Made by a program: the position numbers and the translations under genes
Origin: Octopus vulgaris
Lineage: Eukaryota
NCBI GenBank assembly: GCA_951406725.2
Contig: OX597814.1
Coordinates: forward strand, 145,266,001 to 145,330,000
Reading direction: 5' to 3'
Length of the DNA: 64,000 nt
Part shown: positions 51,713 to 64,000 of the stretch, piece by piece
Layout of the letters: each line of letters starts with the position of its first letter
Numbering within the stretch: the stretch's first letter is position 1
The notes under the pieces: model-generated
What the model was told of the DNA's origin: nothing
Seen by the model: the letters and a program-made list of their open reading frames with translations, nothing else
Databases searched by the model: none

Positions 51713-52197
51713 ATTACCTTTAAAAGTTAGGATTAGCCGAATGAATAGTGTGTCAATCAAAATGCCTTACGATATTTATCATAAATAATTTTATACTCTA
51801 CGTTCAAGTCCTTCTTAGTTGGACTTAGACTACCAGCCCTGAAAGTCGATGAAATAAAATAAGTGTCAAATACTGTACGTTATTGATTATACAGTTCCAT
51901 CAAATATAGCCATGTCTGCCGCTGTTATTAATGCCGGTTTCCTTAATGGTTTGAGAGACTGCAAAGTCACATGCTTATGCAGTTCCCACAAAATACTGAA
52001 GTTTGGAAAATGGTGAATAATGTCCTGACGGTTTCGAGAACTGATTAAAACTATTTTGCTATAACTTCAGAATTAATAACGAATGCTTCAAAAATAGGTA
52101 TGAACAACACAAATATCTCTTTGCTAAGTTGTAAAAGTGTTTCAAAATATAAACCAATTACGTAAGCCTCCCAGAATTTCATTTATTATCCTTCATG

Positions 52198-52229
<32 letters not shown>

Positions 52230-52259
52230 CATGTGTGTGTGTGTGTTCATGTGTGAGTT

Positions 52260-52297
<38 letters not shown>

Positions 52298-52301
<4 letters not shown>

Positions 52302-53541
52302 GTCATACCATAAATAATGCGTTTTATATACTTCTTTTATTTTTCAAAATTAAAGTTCTTTTTTTATCTAAAATATACTCTCCTTTATTTTCTAAAATGC
52401 TCTTCCATCTATCAGGTAGACTTGCAAGGCCCCTCTTTCAAAATTCACTTGTCCATGACGAAAAATACTCCTCCTGTACTGTTCTGATGTTGTCTACAGA
52501 AATCATATATTTACCGTTCAAATGATTTTGAAGACTGCAGAATAAATGATAATCAGGTGGGCTATATGGTAGCTAGGATATCGTTTCTTATTCAAATTGC
52601 TCTAGCCTTTGGAATTTCATCTTCGCTGTATATGGCCAAGCATTATCCTGATGTAAGAACACCTTTCGTCTTGAAAGCAAAGATGGTCATTTTTCTTCTA
52701 GCGCTGACTTAAGCCGCTGAAGCTGCTCGCAGTAGATCTCCTTTGTTATCATTTAGTTTGGATTTAAAAGTGAATTAAACCTTTCACATCCCACCAAACA
52801 GAAAACAATACCATAACTGAGTGAAGATCTTTAGCCTAGGGTGCCGGTATCTTTCCCACCATCTTCGGCGCTTGTCATTTTTATAGAGAACCCATTTCTC
52901 ATCACCGGTCTCTATTCTGTCTAAAAAAAACTTCATTCGCGAGACGTGATTGCAAAGAAGAGCACACATTCACTCTGCGCGCGGGTAGACTCGGTAAATT
53001 TGTAAGGAACCTATTGGCCCAATTTGCTGACTTTTCCGATGTACGCAGGTGTCGATGAATGGTTGAATGACAAAGTCGAAGCTTATTTGCGAGTTCCTCT
53101 ACAGATGCGATGGAATGTTATTCCACCAGGCTTTGTAGGACGTCCTCGTCGAACTCTACAGATCTTCCAGGACGAAGCTCGCCTTCTAGGCTGTAGTTTC
53201 CAGCTCGGAATTTCTGCAACCACCGGTGACATTGGCTTACGCTTATTATCGATCTCCATACACTGCATTAATATTCCTCACACATTCCGTTGCGTTGTTG
53301 ACTTTATTAAAGCCATAAAGCAAAATATGTCGAATATGCTCCTTTGTCACTTCCATTAAAACTTTGATAAAATAACTGTTAAAATCGAACAGCACTCCTC
53401 TTCAAAACTTGCACTAAGAATAAGGACAAGGTAAAATTACTACCTGCTTTTATAGCAAGTTGATACTGGCGGTTTAACCCACCCCCTCTGGCTTTTAGTT
53501 CATCCAATTGATAAAAACGCATTATTTAGGGGATGGCCCAA
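52298..53541 (-). mobile_element. Full-length (1244 bp) mariner with pseudogenised transposase, inserted in (TA)n
   Basis: TIRs ttgggtcataccataaataatgcgtttt / aaaacgcattatttaggggatggcccaa. ATG at 53356 (MEVTKEHIRHILLY), FLDRIETGDEKWVLY, LHQDNA, GEYILD. Frameshifted. Confidence 0.93.
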
Positions 53542-53597
53542 TATATATATATATATATATATACGATGAGCCAAAGTATATATATATATAAATAATA

Positions 53598-53661
<64 letters not shown>

Positions 53662-54324
53662 ATATATGTATATATGCGTATATACATATATATCTTTAGA
53701 CTTACAAATATATATATAATGGTATGTTTGTATATGTATATATACATGTATGTATATATATATGCACGCACACTCACATATAGACACACATGATGTCTGT
53801 ATCTCAGGCAGATCTTAGCGGATAACATAGATTTCATATTTATTTTAACCGGGCGGTGTGGAATGCTGGAACACCATCATTATACTTGTAGACATTTTGT
53901 ATTCATTAATTTGCCTCTATGAGAGAATGACAGTAAATTACGTTGTTTATATAAATTCAGAAAATGCTACATAAATCTACTATTTATTACGATATTTATA
54001 AAAGTAGACGAAAAAATAAATTCTATCTCTATGTATTGATTATTTTACTACAAAGTCCAAAGCATTTATTTGAAACTGTAGTAAATTTCATAAAAACCTT
54101 TTGTTACTGAAGTTACTTATAGCTTTCTTTTGTGATGGTTAGACATCAATAAGAAAAAAGAAATGTAATAAATATTTATTTTCATTTTGTTCAACAGTTA
54201 GATTTCTTAAGGTTTCTATGAAAGGAATTGTAACTAAAATCTTAGAATCCCTCTTTGTCGCTGTCTTTCGCTCTCTCAATTTTCCTATCTCCCTCTCTCT
54301 CCACACAAACACGCATACATATAT

Positions 54325-54416
<92 letters not shown>

Positions 54417-54682
54417 GCAGAAAAGCTGTTTATTATTGTTTAGACGTGCTCCATAACGCTGATATTGCTGATCATTGTGAAGAGAAATTTAGTTGAAAAA
54501 ATTGTCATGTGAAATTTCAACAGATATCAGAGCGTTTTCGCTTCATTACAGTATGCAAAAAGATTGTCTATAAGAATTTGACAAAATATTTGCGAGCAAT
54601 AAACTGGAAAAAAAAGGCAAAGTCTCAGGTTCTTAGTTGTGTATACTTATTTAATTACAATAAAAACGGTATTGCTTTTCAA

Positions 54683-54912
54683 GGCGGCGAGCTGGCAGAA
54701 TCGTTAGCACGTCGGGCGAAATGCTTAGCGGTATTTCGTCTGTCGTTACGTTCTGAGTTCAAATTCCGCCGAGGTCGACTTTGCCTTTCATCCATTCGGG
54801 GTCGATTAAATAAGTACCAGTTACGCACTGGGTCGATGTAATCGACTTAATACCTATGTCTGTCCTTGTTTGTCCGCTCTGTGTTTAGCCCCTTGTGGGT
54901 AATAAAGAAATA
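54683..54912 (+). mobile_element. SINE family A long-form monomer, young
   Basis: Close to the other well-preserved family A copies. TSD ggtattgctttt at 54668-54679 and 54913-54924. Confidence 0.95.
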
Positions 54913-56788
54913 GGTATTGCTTTTTCTTTTGCAAATATCTATGCTTCGAAAGATTTAAATCAGCCGAATTACCTTAATTAGAATACAGATTTTTCCTACG
55001 AAGAAAACAAGGCGACAATTTAACTTTCCTTCATACTAGAGTACTTGGGGTGGTGTAATGGGAGAATTACGTTAAAATATTTTGTCGATTATGTTGGCCG
55101 TTGCTCGTTTTCAGTTTTGCAGTGGAGTACGGACGGGCGATAAGTGAAGAGCTAATAAAATGCAATATCTGGTTATCTGGTTACCTTCTCCTCATTTATG
55201 TGACCTGTATTTGGATATTTATGTTCTAGTGACTACGAAGCACTTTGGGAGTTGTGTCACGTCATGTGTTTTAAAAATAAAACACCGCTAAAAGACAGAG
55301 AGGAGGGAGCAGCAAAGATTTTTGCATTAACAATAACAACAAGAATCAGACAACCCAGAAGATGTTGCAATAGTTTTTGTAATGCATGCATTGGAAATCT
55401 TACTTCTTAGCAAAATATTCTTTTACTTTATGCTTAAGACAGATTTTTCTTTTCTTCTTCCGAAATTTCTTGTTTGACAATTGTTCCTGCCATCCTTTTT
55501 CCAAGAATATACATTCCAGCGCATTCATTTAATGAAGTACTCTTCATTTTCTCTTACACCATCTTCTTCCAACTGTACAACTGTGACGAAGAGAAAAGAA
55601 ATGAAAAGTGATAGAAACATGTTTGGGGGCATTAGAAAAAACAAAATGAATAACATGTTTAGTTTGAAATTTTCTGAGATTTCTGGTGGCTTTTCCTCTT
55701 CCATCATCCAATTAGCGTGCTAATACAATTCTTCTCATTGTGTACTGTGTACACATACCTGGGTATAATGGTTTGTGTTTCAGCTAGAAATTGAAGACCA
55801 AGTCAAATCCTGTTTCTCTCCAACTGAACTCTAGTATATTAAGGTTTTAACCGGCTTTGATGGGCCACACATTCGATGCTGTCGTATATGTTCCTCTTCC
55901 TTTCTTAGCCATTGTTCTCTCAGGTTTTCGACGTTTTTTTCCCCTGCATGATTTTTCTGGCTTCCAGCGTGCTCCTGCTTTATTGATATATTTGTCCTTC
56001 AGGTCCTCTTTTGTTTTCTGTGCTGCTTACCTTCTTCTCATTTACTTTTAGTAATGATGTCCTTTTATGTAAGGAGCAGGAAGAAAAGTAAAAACCACTA
56101 TTTAAAGCAAAAAGTGGAGAGAGCTTCGATAGATTGTAAAGGTGCAGAAATATCTAGCTGATTTATAGTACGATAATTGCTCCATCGTCCAAGGAAAGGA
56201 AATAGGGAATGTGTACCTGGTTGTAAGACCAAGGACGGCGCAGGAACTGATGCGTTACACACCTGTATATAATCTTGTGCCATCGGCATTCATGTCTTTC
56301 TCGTCGTCATTTTTAGCAAAAGCAAAATACTCCGGAGCTATACTCCATTAACTAGGTAGAAAGGTAAAGCATTTAAACAAATGCTACATTACAAGAAGTC
56401 CAGTTGCTATTCGTGTTTCAGGAAGAGACAGTCGCGTATTTTCAAATTATAAGCTGGGAAGCAGAAGAAGTAAACAGGTGAATAACAAGATAAGTAGCAG
56501 TAAGGACACTCGTAGCAGGCCCTAGAAAATGTTTCCAGAGCACTTATTGTTGCAGTTCCGAGTACCGCTGACAAAATTAAACACCTTATAGTTAACACTA
56601 GGACTAGAAGACTAAAAAGCCGAAGGTTGCCCACTCCAGGATTTCTATCTCATCTTCTGGTTACAATGTAGAACAAATTAAAAATGGGGTTAGGTTGTGA
56701 GATGCCGAGAACAACAGGAACAAGAAAAATATCCAGTATGTCATTCTGGTGAGATAATATTCAATGAAATTATGGGTTCCATCTATAG

Positions 56789-57210
56789 CATCATCATCGT
56801 CGTCATCATCATCATCATCTATATCATCATCGTCGTCATCATCATCTATATCATCATCATCTATATCATCATCATCTATATCATCATCGTCGTCGTCATC
56901 ATCATCATCTATATCATCATCGTCGTCGTCATCATCATCATCTATATCATCATCGTCGTCATCATCATCATCATTATCTATATCATCATCGTCGTCATCA
57001 TCATCATCATCATCATCATCATCTATATCATCATCGTCGTCGCCATCATCATCATCATCATCTATATCATCACCGTTGCCATCATCATCTATATCATCAT
57101 CGTCGTTGTCATCATCGTCGTTGTCATCATCACAATCCTCATCATCATCATCATCATCATCACCATCATCATCATTATCATCATGACCATCGTTGTCGAC
57201 GTCGTCGTCG

Positions 57211-57247
<37 letters not shown>

Positions 57248-57273
57248 TATCATCATCATCAACAACAACATCA
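56789..57273. repeat. Higher-order (ATC)/(GTC)/(TAT) trinucleotide array
   Basis: Recurring unit TAT-ATC3-GTC2/3-ATCn. Confidence 0.93.
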
Positions 57274-58358
57274 ACTGCACGGCTACAGTGCTGTAAACGT
57301 AGACGTACACAGCATTGTAATTTGGAAATATAGAATTGTGTTCAGAAATAAGGTCTGTTGCTTTCTAATATCATTTTAATGTAATGTCTGTTTTGTAGTG
57401 TATGTGCTCTATGACCTGCTTTATTTTGTGCTCCGTATAAACTCTGCCCGTCATATATAACTTGTTTTAGATTCGATTAATGAATGTATAGAATGCCAAT
57501 TCATTAGGCTGCATTACACTAATTAACAGCCAAATTATAGAATGAGGATTGTTGAAGCTTTATTGTTATGTCGCCGAGTACCAATTACGTAAGAGAATGT
57601 CGTATGTTATTTTATTTCCTGTTACGTAGAATATGTTTTGTGGTAGCCTTTGTTGTATTAATAGTGATTCAGTAGAGCAGGGTTTACACACCGGTGTGTG
57701 AGGAATACAATCAATCTGTATCACTTATTGAAGTTTTTGTAGCTGAATTAAAAAGAGATATACACAGTGTGGATCCCATTTTTAAAACAATGTAGCATAT
57801 ATGGCTAAAAACATGGTTTATTCAAAAACGTTTGTGTTTATGTAATCAATGTTATAAACAGTGCAGATAGCAGTATGTGAAGAATCAAAGTAACATTTTG
57901 AATCCGTACAGATTGACATACACATACACCGCTATTAAAACAATGACTCACTATTCTACCACCCCTCTCTCACTCTGTCTTACATAGACAGATATAATAT
58001 ACACTGCTAAAACAATGAAAACACACAGAGGTACAATATCCTCATGTACACTTAAGCACTTTCACTCAACGACTCTCACTTTTATCATTTGTCTTTAACC
58101 AACAGGATATTCGCTGTTTTACAGCTAACTGTCAGTTTAAAATACTTGGGCTTACCCACACATTACATGTATGTGTGTGTTCGTATGTGTATATATATAT
58201 AAATATATATCGGTAAGCCGAGTTAGCGATTGCAGTAACCAACTAAGGGATAAAAATATCCGTATTTACTATCCCTACGCTATCCCCGAGTATGGGTATG
58301 CAAGCACACTATGCTCGTAGTGTACAGGTAACAACATAATAAGCAAAAGTTTATCAGG

Positions 58359-58628
58359 AAATGGAGAAAACTTTTGCTCAACAAACAAACAAATTGGACC
58401 CCATCTCTAGATTATTTTTTAATACAAAACATGACATAACATTTCTTACGACCGTTTCCGATTCCAATGCCAGTCGGTGTTTACGAAAGAATTTCGAAAT
58501 ACTTTCGTAAGCACCGAGTGGCACTGGAAGTCGAAAGGGCTGTAAGAAATGTTATGTCATCTTTTGTATTAGAAAATAATTTACAGCTGTGTTCCAATTT
58601 GTTGGTTGATCAAAAGTTTTCTCCATTT
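58359..58628. repeat. Spacer-less imperfect palindrome, ~135-bp arms
   Basis: Centre atttc|gaaat at 58495/58496. Arms align along their whole length with scattered mismatches. Confidence 0.92.
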
Positions 58629-58643
58629 TCTTAGATATATATA

Positions 58644-59100
58644 CAAGGTGTCCCAAAAGACATTGATGAGCTTCAATTTTTAATAACTTCACAAATAAAT
58701 GCATGAAATTTTGATACAATATAAAGGACATAATGGAAATTAATATGCACAAGTCAAATTTTGCAACATCATATGTGAAAAATGACATGGCTTAAATGGC
58801 AGCCATTTTCGGCTTCGCACGCCCGTGCTCTTTCCAAGACCTGCATCATAGCACCCTCAAGAGTTTCAGACCTTACTTCTCTTATTTCCCTATTGATTTC
58901 CTTCTTCAGTTGCACCGGGGTCTCCGGTTTGTTGCCGTAAACCCTCTTTTTCAGGTATCCCACGAGAAAATATCCGGCCTAGTCAGGTCTAGGAAAGGTG
59001 AAGGCCAGTTGGCATCGTCGAAGTGGTAGATTATTCTCTCTCCAAAGCACTGCCATAGCAACTGCATTGTTTCTCTTGCGGTTTCATCTTGCTGGAACTA
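58644..59100 (-). mobile_element. Tc1/mariner-superfamily transposon 3' part (rosa/maT-like)
   Basis: FQQD...ARETMQLL...NWPS..DLT.PD..WGYLKKRVYGNKPET...CEAENGCHL. TIR-like TA|caaggtgtccc. Confidence 0.85.
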
Positions 59101-59559
59101 TGTGTGAGGCCTATTTTGAATGGTTTTCCTTTCGTCTTTCCGTTTGTTGCTTCATGTGCAGACGCTCTGTAGTGGCTAGACATTGGGCCACCTGCAATAC
59201 ATTGCTAAAGATCGTGACAGATGGAAATTTCTTGTTGGCATTCTCTGTTCTACATGGAGTCAAAGGAAATAAGGAATGAATGAGGATTGGTTTCAAAACA
59301 ATAAATGCAAATTGGTTTTTTAAAAATAATGCACAACATTGCTGCTATAGAGTTCACTGTTTTTGCGAATGCTTGCCTGGTAAGAAATATTTAGGGAATT
59401 AATATTTTATAATCAAATGATCCCCAATTGACATATGCTTAAAATGAATAAGTTATATGCCTGAAGCAGAACGCATGTAGGGTGAATGAAAGAGCTGTTA
59501 TTAATTTTGATTCTAAAGGAAGTTCGTTATAAAATGCAACTTCGCAGCTACAAAATGAG

Positions 59560-61360
59560 CAAAATGAAAACAGAAAATAGAAATGTCCATATCATACGGT
59601 TTCTCTCGGGGTGGTAATAGGACTAGATCAAGTGGATAATCGGATGTATGTGAACAAATTTTAAGCATTAAATGCTCCAATCCAATTAAACGACAACAAC
59701 ATTTAGAGACAACACATTTTATGAAAGCCATTGTAAAGTACAATGTTTGGAAGTAAATCGAAGGAAAGCTACATTTTCAATATTACATAAAAAGGTAAGC
59801 AAATATGTATTATTTGCTTCATATGGCATTGGTTATTCGCTAGCAGAACAGGTATAGTAAATACGATTGCAGAAAACTAATAAAGCCTTGTGCAAAAGAC
59901 ATGTTGGAATAAAAGATGGATGAAAAAAAAAATGTAAAATATATTAATAACATACCAATTTCAAATGGTACTGCTTGAAGTGATATCAATGAAATGTTAA
60001 TTTTGTGGAGAGATTGAGCTTACGATATAAGCTAAAGCCAACTCAACATCCTTTACAAATGGCTGGTTTAGAAGTTTTGCTTGTGTGGTGTGAAGGTAGC
60101 ACTGGAGAAGACTTTATTTATTAGACAGCCTTCGTAGAACCAGGATAGACGTATGCAATATTTAATTTTTATTAATTCATTTATGAATATAGAAATGAAA
60201 TCTCGCGGAAAATTTTTTCAAGTATTATTGACAGAACTACAGCTCTAGTGGTAAGGACAAATTTTGGGGTCTGTTATAAGGGGGGGGGGAATCCAAGACC
60301 TTGAGGCACAGATTTCACAAACTGTGAAACGTATGCGGCAAGATATGAAATTAGGAGCAAACGATATTGGAAACCTGACTAGTTTTATTAAATCACGATC
60401 ACTAAATGAAGGAATCTTCAGTTTATTACGTAAATCTACACGAAACTTTATTACAGAAGTGTGCTGCTTATTGTGCGGAAATTGTTGGCGCTGTTTTACG
60501 AATTATATGAAGAAATTACGTTATTTCTATCTGAGCATCTTTTGAATGGAACTAACTGGTGTGTCTTCTTGATATATTCACTTATTTCAATGAAGTTAAT
60601 CTTGCAATGCAGAGAAACAATATAACATGTTTCAAAATCCAAAGCAAAATTAATGCACCTCAATGAATCTAGGGTAACTATTCAGCTAAAGATGTAATTA
60701 TTATTTTCCCATGAAGCAAACGTTCTTTCTTTAAAATACAAAGCAAAAATATTTCTGTAACATTTGTATGATATGTGTATGTTAACACGAGTATTTTCCC
60801 GATGTAATTGATAGCCAACTTTGGGTTGACAAACGAGGAGCAGGCTTGTTAAATTTCAGCAATTGTTTACTGAAGAAAATAGTTTGCTGAACAAATACAC
60901 ATTACAACAGATTTTATCTTTATATGAAATTCGTAACAAGTAAAAATGACAAAATTTTTAGATAGCGTTATTAATGGAGTACCCTGCTATCAGTTAAAAA
61001 TATTTGAAGGAGCTAATGCGTTTCCTAAATATATATTATGCGAAATAATATTTTCATTACATTCAGCAATAGAAAATAAATTTAGAGACAGATTAACTTA
61101 CAGTTACAAGAAATATATCCCTAATTCTAAATTTTAAAATTATATATGATCACGAACATGCCCAATGAAGTAACCTTCTTTCCTACTTCTTGTTATGAAG
61201 TTGATATTCCCAACGATTAAGGTAAGAAAAATTGCTAAAATATGTATATGTTACATAATTTTTATTCTAATAGTTATTTATGGCGTAGCTATGTTTTCCC
61301 CTTGAAAATCTCTTAAGCTTAAAGTGTTCTATGACTACGAAAAGTCAGAAAACCTCTCCA
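59560..61360 (+). mobile_element. hAT (Charlie/Buster-like) transposase relic
   Basis: SYGFS...VCEQILS...HLETTH (BED finger), ASY, IPISNGT, FIKSRSLN, TEV, DIF..NEVNLAMQ, YILCEIIFS...NKFRDRL. A possible left TIR lies at 57678 (cagggtt), TSD not convincing. Confidence 0.75.
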
Positions 61361-61399
61361 TGAGTATGTGTTATATATTTAGATCACTATTGAACTGTG

Positions 61400-62700
61400 T
61401 AAGGCATATGTGCAGAGTGTGCTACATGAAAAATACTGTTGCATTGAAAGCTTCTTACATACTCAGCTGAGAATAACATAAACCATCCAGACAAGACCTA
61501 GTCAATTGTCTCTCCGCCTGTTCCACAAAAGCGATTGGAAGGATCAGTACCATTTTAAAGAAGGTTGCCTTGGTAATTTCTATTAGACAGACACTGATCC
61601 TAAGCTGCGATACCGATGTTTTCTGTTTCTGGTTTAAGTCTAGATACAGATAACTCCTGTCAATATCAGGAATGCAGGCTCTCGTAGGATATTTACCATG
61701 TAATGCATTATACTCCCATCTGTTACTTAGCTCTGAGATTCATTCTGTTTTGACTTGAGTCTTTATTTGTTTTGCTTCCTCACTTCCGTTTCATCTAGCT
61801 ACATCTCAATCCCGATAGTTTTTATTTCTATACATATTTCTTTGCTTCTTGTGTTTTTCGTGTGTTTTTTCTTGGTACTTTCATGTTATGAGACAAATTC
61901 AAGCATCCATTCTCTAGATTTCTGTATATAGGTGTCTAACCGTATGGTTACTGTCTTTGGAAACAGTTGCTTCTGCATCAGTCCATACCCTCCATCCTTT
62001 CCTGAAATGCATAGTCCCCCTACATCTGCCTATGGAAGATGCATGTCGTCTATTATGAGAAAATTGCGTATCAATACTTTCATATCTCATTGATGGGCGA
62101 TTCTATGATATTGAAGTTGTAGATGGCAGTAGGAACAACCAAGATACTGAGTGCATCAATGTTTACTGTTAAGACAATTTTAATCTTTTTACAGTATTCT
62201 TCTTGTTATTGTTCTTCTTCTTGCTCTTATTGTTGTTGTTGTTGTTGTTGTTGTTCTTCTTCTTCTTCTTCTTCTTCTTCTTCTTCTTCACTAGTCTAGT
62301 TTTATTGTTAATCAATACCATCCGCCGCCAAACAAGACAGTTGCCCAGACTCGTCACTAAACCTCAGTTGGTCGCTCTGTTAACTATCATATATAAGCAT
62401 TTTAACCTTTGATAACAGGTTACTTTGAGATCTTTTCTCACGAAGACATTCTCCAGCCTTACACTCTCCAACAGACCTACGTTTCAAAGAGTTGACTAAG
62501 TACTTCAGATAAGAAACAAGATGTTAAAGCAGCAGTGCTATTTCAGATATACTACACTTAAGAACATTTTAAAGCTATGCAGCCAAGTTACTGGTAAAAA
62601 ATACTATTTATCAAAATAACATGTAGCACATGGAAACCTTTTGTTTTCCTTCTGTTCTTTTTGGCGGAATATTGTATTATGCTCCTCAAAGAAATCTACT
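61400..62700 (-). mobile_element. R4/Dong-type LINE remnant
   Basis: EQK, MH.P.ADV...SGKDGGYGLMQ, LHGKYP, LKPETE, RNYQ, ETID. Interrupted by (TTG)n(TTC)n at 62195-62290. Confidence 0.7.
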
Positions 62701-62795
62701 CGAATCTCACCATCAACCAAACCCGAAAAGCACATGCAATTCTCTACCTCTTGCCTCACATGTTTTGTTTTCCATGTATCTTTTTGTAATATTAA

Positions 62796-63778
62796 TCTTT
62801 ATATATATAAAACTGAGAATGTGTGTCTGTCTGTCTGTCTGTGTGTTTCCCTAAAACCTGAGAACTACACAATCAATTTCATTCAAATTTTACACATGCC
62901 TTACTTAGGGTCCCGGGAGTGTCGTCGGCAAAAAGAGTTTTGAACTTTTTGCCAAGTGCGAGCCCACAGCAATATCATATCTTCTCCACTATTTCAGTAT
63001 TACGTGTTAAAAGTGAAACAAAAACGTTTCTCTATTTTATGTCGGATACTTTCACTTTAACAATAAAAATAATAATAACAATTGAATTATATGTAGTAAG
63101 TGATAATTAAAATCAAACTGAAGTATAATATAATTGTAACATAACAAAAGTAAAAATTGGTATAAAATTGCATCAATGACTTGAACTTGAATAAGTGGTT
63201 TCACATGAATGGGAATAAATTAAAAATAAAATTAGCGTGCAGAAATGGAATAGTCCAGATGGATAATAAAAAATTAAATTAAAGAAAAGACTATTGTCTA
63301 TAAAGTATACAATGTAGAGAAAGTGTCTTGGTGCGACTATGAAAGGTATCTAATCAGAGGCGGTAAATTCGCCACAATAGAAGCAAGGTTCGAGTCAACG
63401 GAGCGTGCAAGGGAGTACTCGACTCGAACTTGCAAAGTGGAAATATTTTATTTTTACTTTTATATCTGGGAAGTAGGACGTCCCGGAAAAAAATTTAAAA
63501 TGCCCCCTCCAGAAATAGAGGTAGGCTGGATTGTAGCCACACATCTATACAAGAGGGAGGACAAGATACTATTGAGCGAAATTACAAGAGACGGGGCTAA
63601 CAATTCCAGTCTGTTATATATTTTGAGTATTGTTATCACTAGCGATATCAAGATATAACTTTGTATTTTGTATTTTATGTGTAGATGTATATATAAATAG
63701 ATGTACATGTAATATGTACACACACATATATACATGCACTAGCACTATGACCCGGCAACGACTGGTCTGTAATGCTAG
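62796..63778 (+). mobile_element. Non-autonomous Helitron
   Basis: A|TC 5' end with tatatataaaa and (GTCT)n. 3' hairpin gacccggcaacgactggtc and CTAG|T end. Confidence 0.8.
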
Positions 63779-64000
63779 TAACCTATAAAATCCTTCCCGC
63801 CTAAGTTCTCCTTACTGTCGTCGACGTACTACTGCTGTAACCGAATATTGCCCATAAAAGGTGCCCCAATTAGATCAAGGATTTGTATCTGCCAAAGATA
63901 AAGATCAGGACTAAATACAACTGCAAATAAACATACAAATAGATAAATAAATTAAATGCATTGTCCTTGAGTGTTTTTGAATTTATTTAATATAAACTTC

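Noticed and set aside
55480-56660. Further R4-like or coding fragments
   Set aside because: Only a short SAVLGTATI match; cannot be classified without a search.
56764-57186. Poly-serine 140-aa protein
   Set aside because: Alternative frame of an (ATC)n array.
57678-61360. Single full-length hAT element with nested inserts
   Set aside because: The left TIR-like cagggtt is plausible, but the 8-bp TSDs do not match. Only the transposase relic is reported.

Overview
AT-rich, microsatellite-dense eukaryotic DNA with no protein-coding gene I can support. The repeat families resemble those of Octopus/coleoid cephalopods; that is recalled, not searched. The window is a layered transposon graveyard. 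It holds several tRNA-derived SINE families, R4/Dong-type (RT + restriction-like endonuclease), CR1- and RTE-type LINE remnants, Penelope-like element (PLE) fragments and solo terminal repeats, mariner/Tc1/Tigger/hAT DNA transposons, MITEs and non-autonomous Helitrons. Most listed ORFs are microsatellite artefacts or TE fragments. The most interesting signals are: (1) at least six hammerhead-ribozyme-like motifs in PLE-type repeats, one with an intact catalytic core directly downstream of an embedded tRNA-like Pol III head; (2) a SINE whose target-site duplications start with GGTATT and which inserts into its own family, building concatemers; (3) a nested R4-in-R4 insertion that replaces the RT catalytic region; (4) a perfect 65-bp-arm hairpin, a 270-bp palindrome and inverted SINE clusters that could form long dsRNA. 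Boundaries of degenerate elements are approximate.
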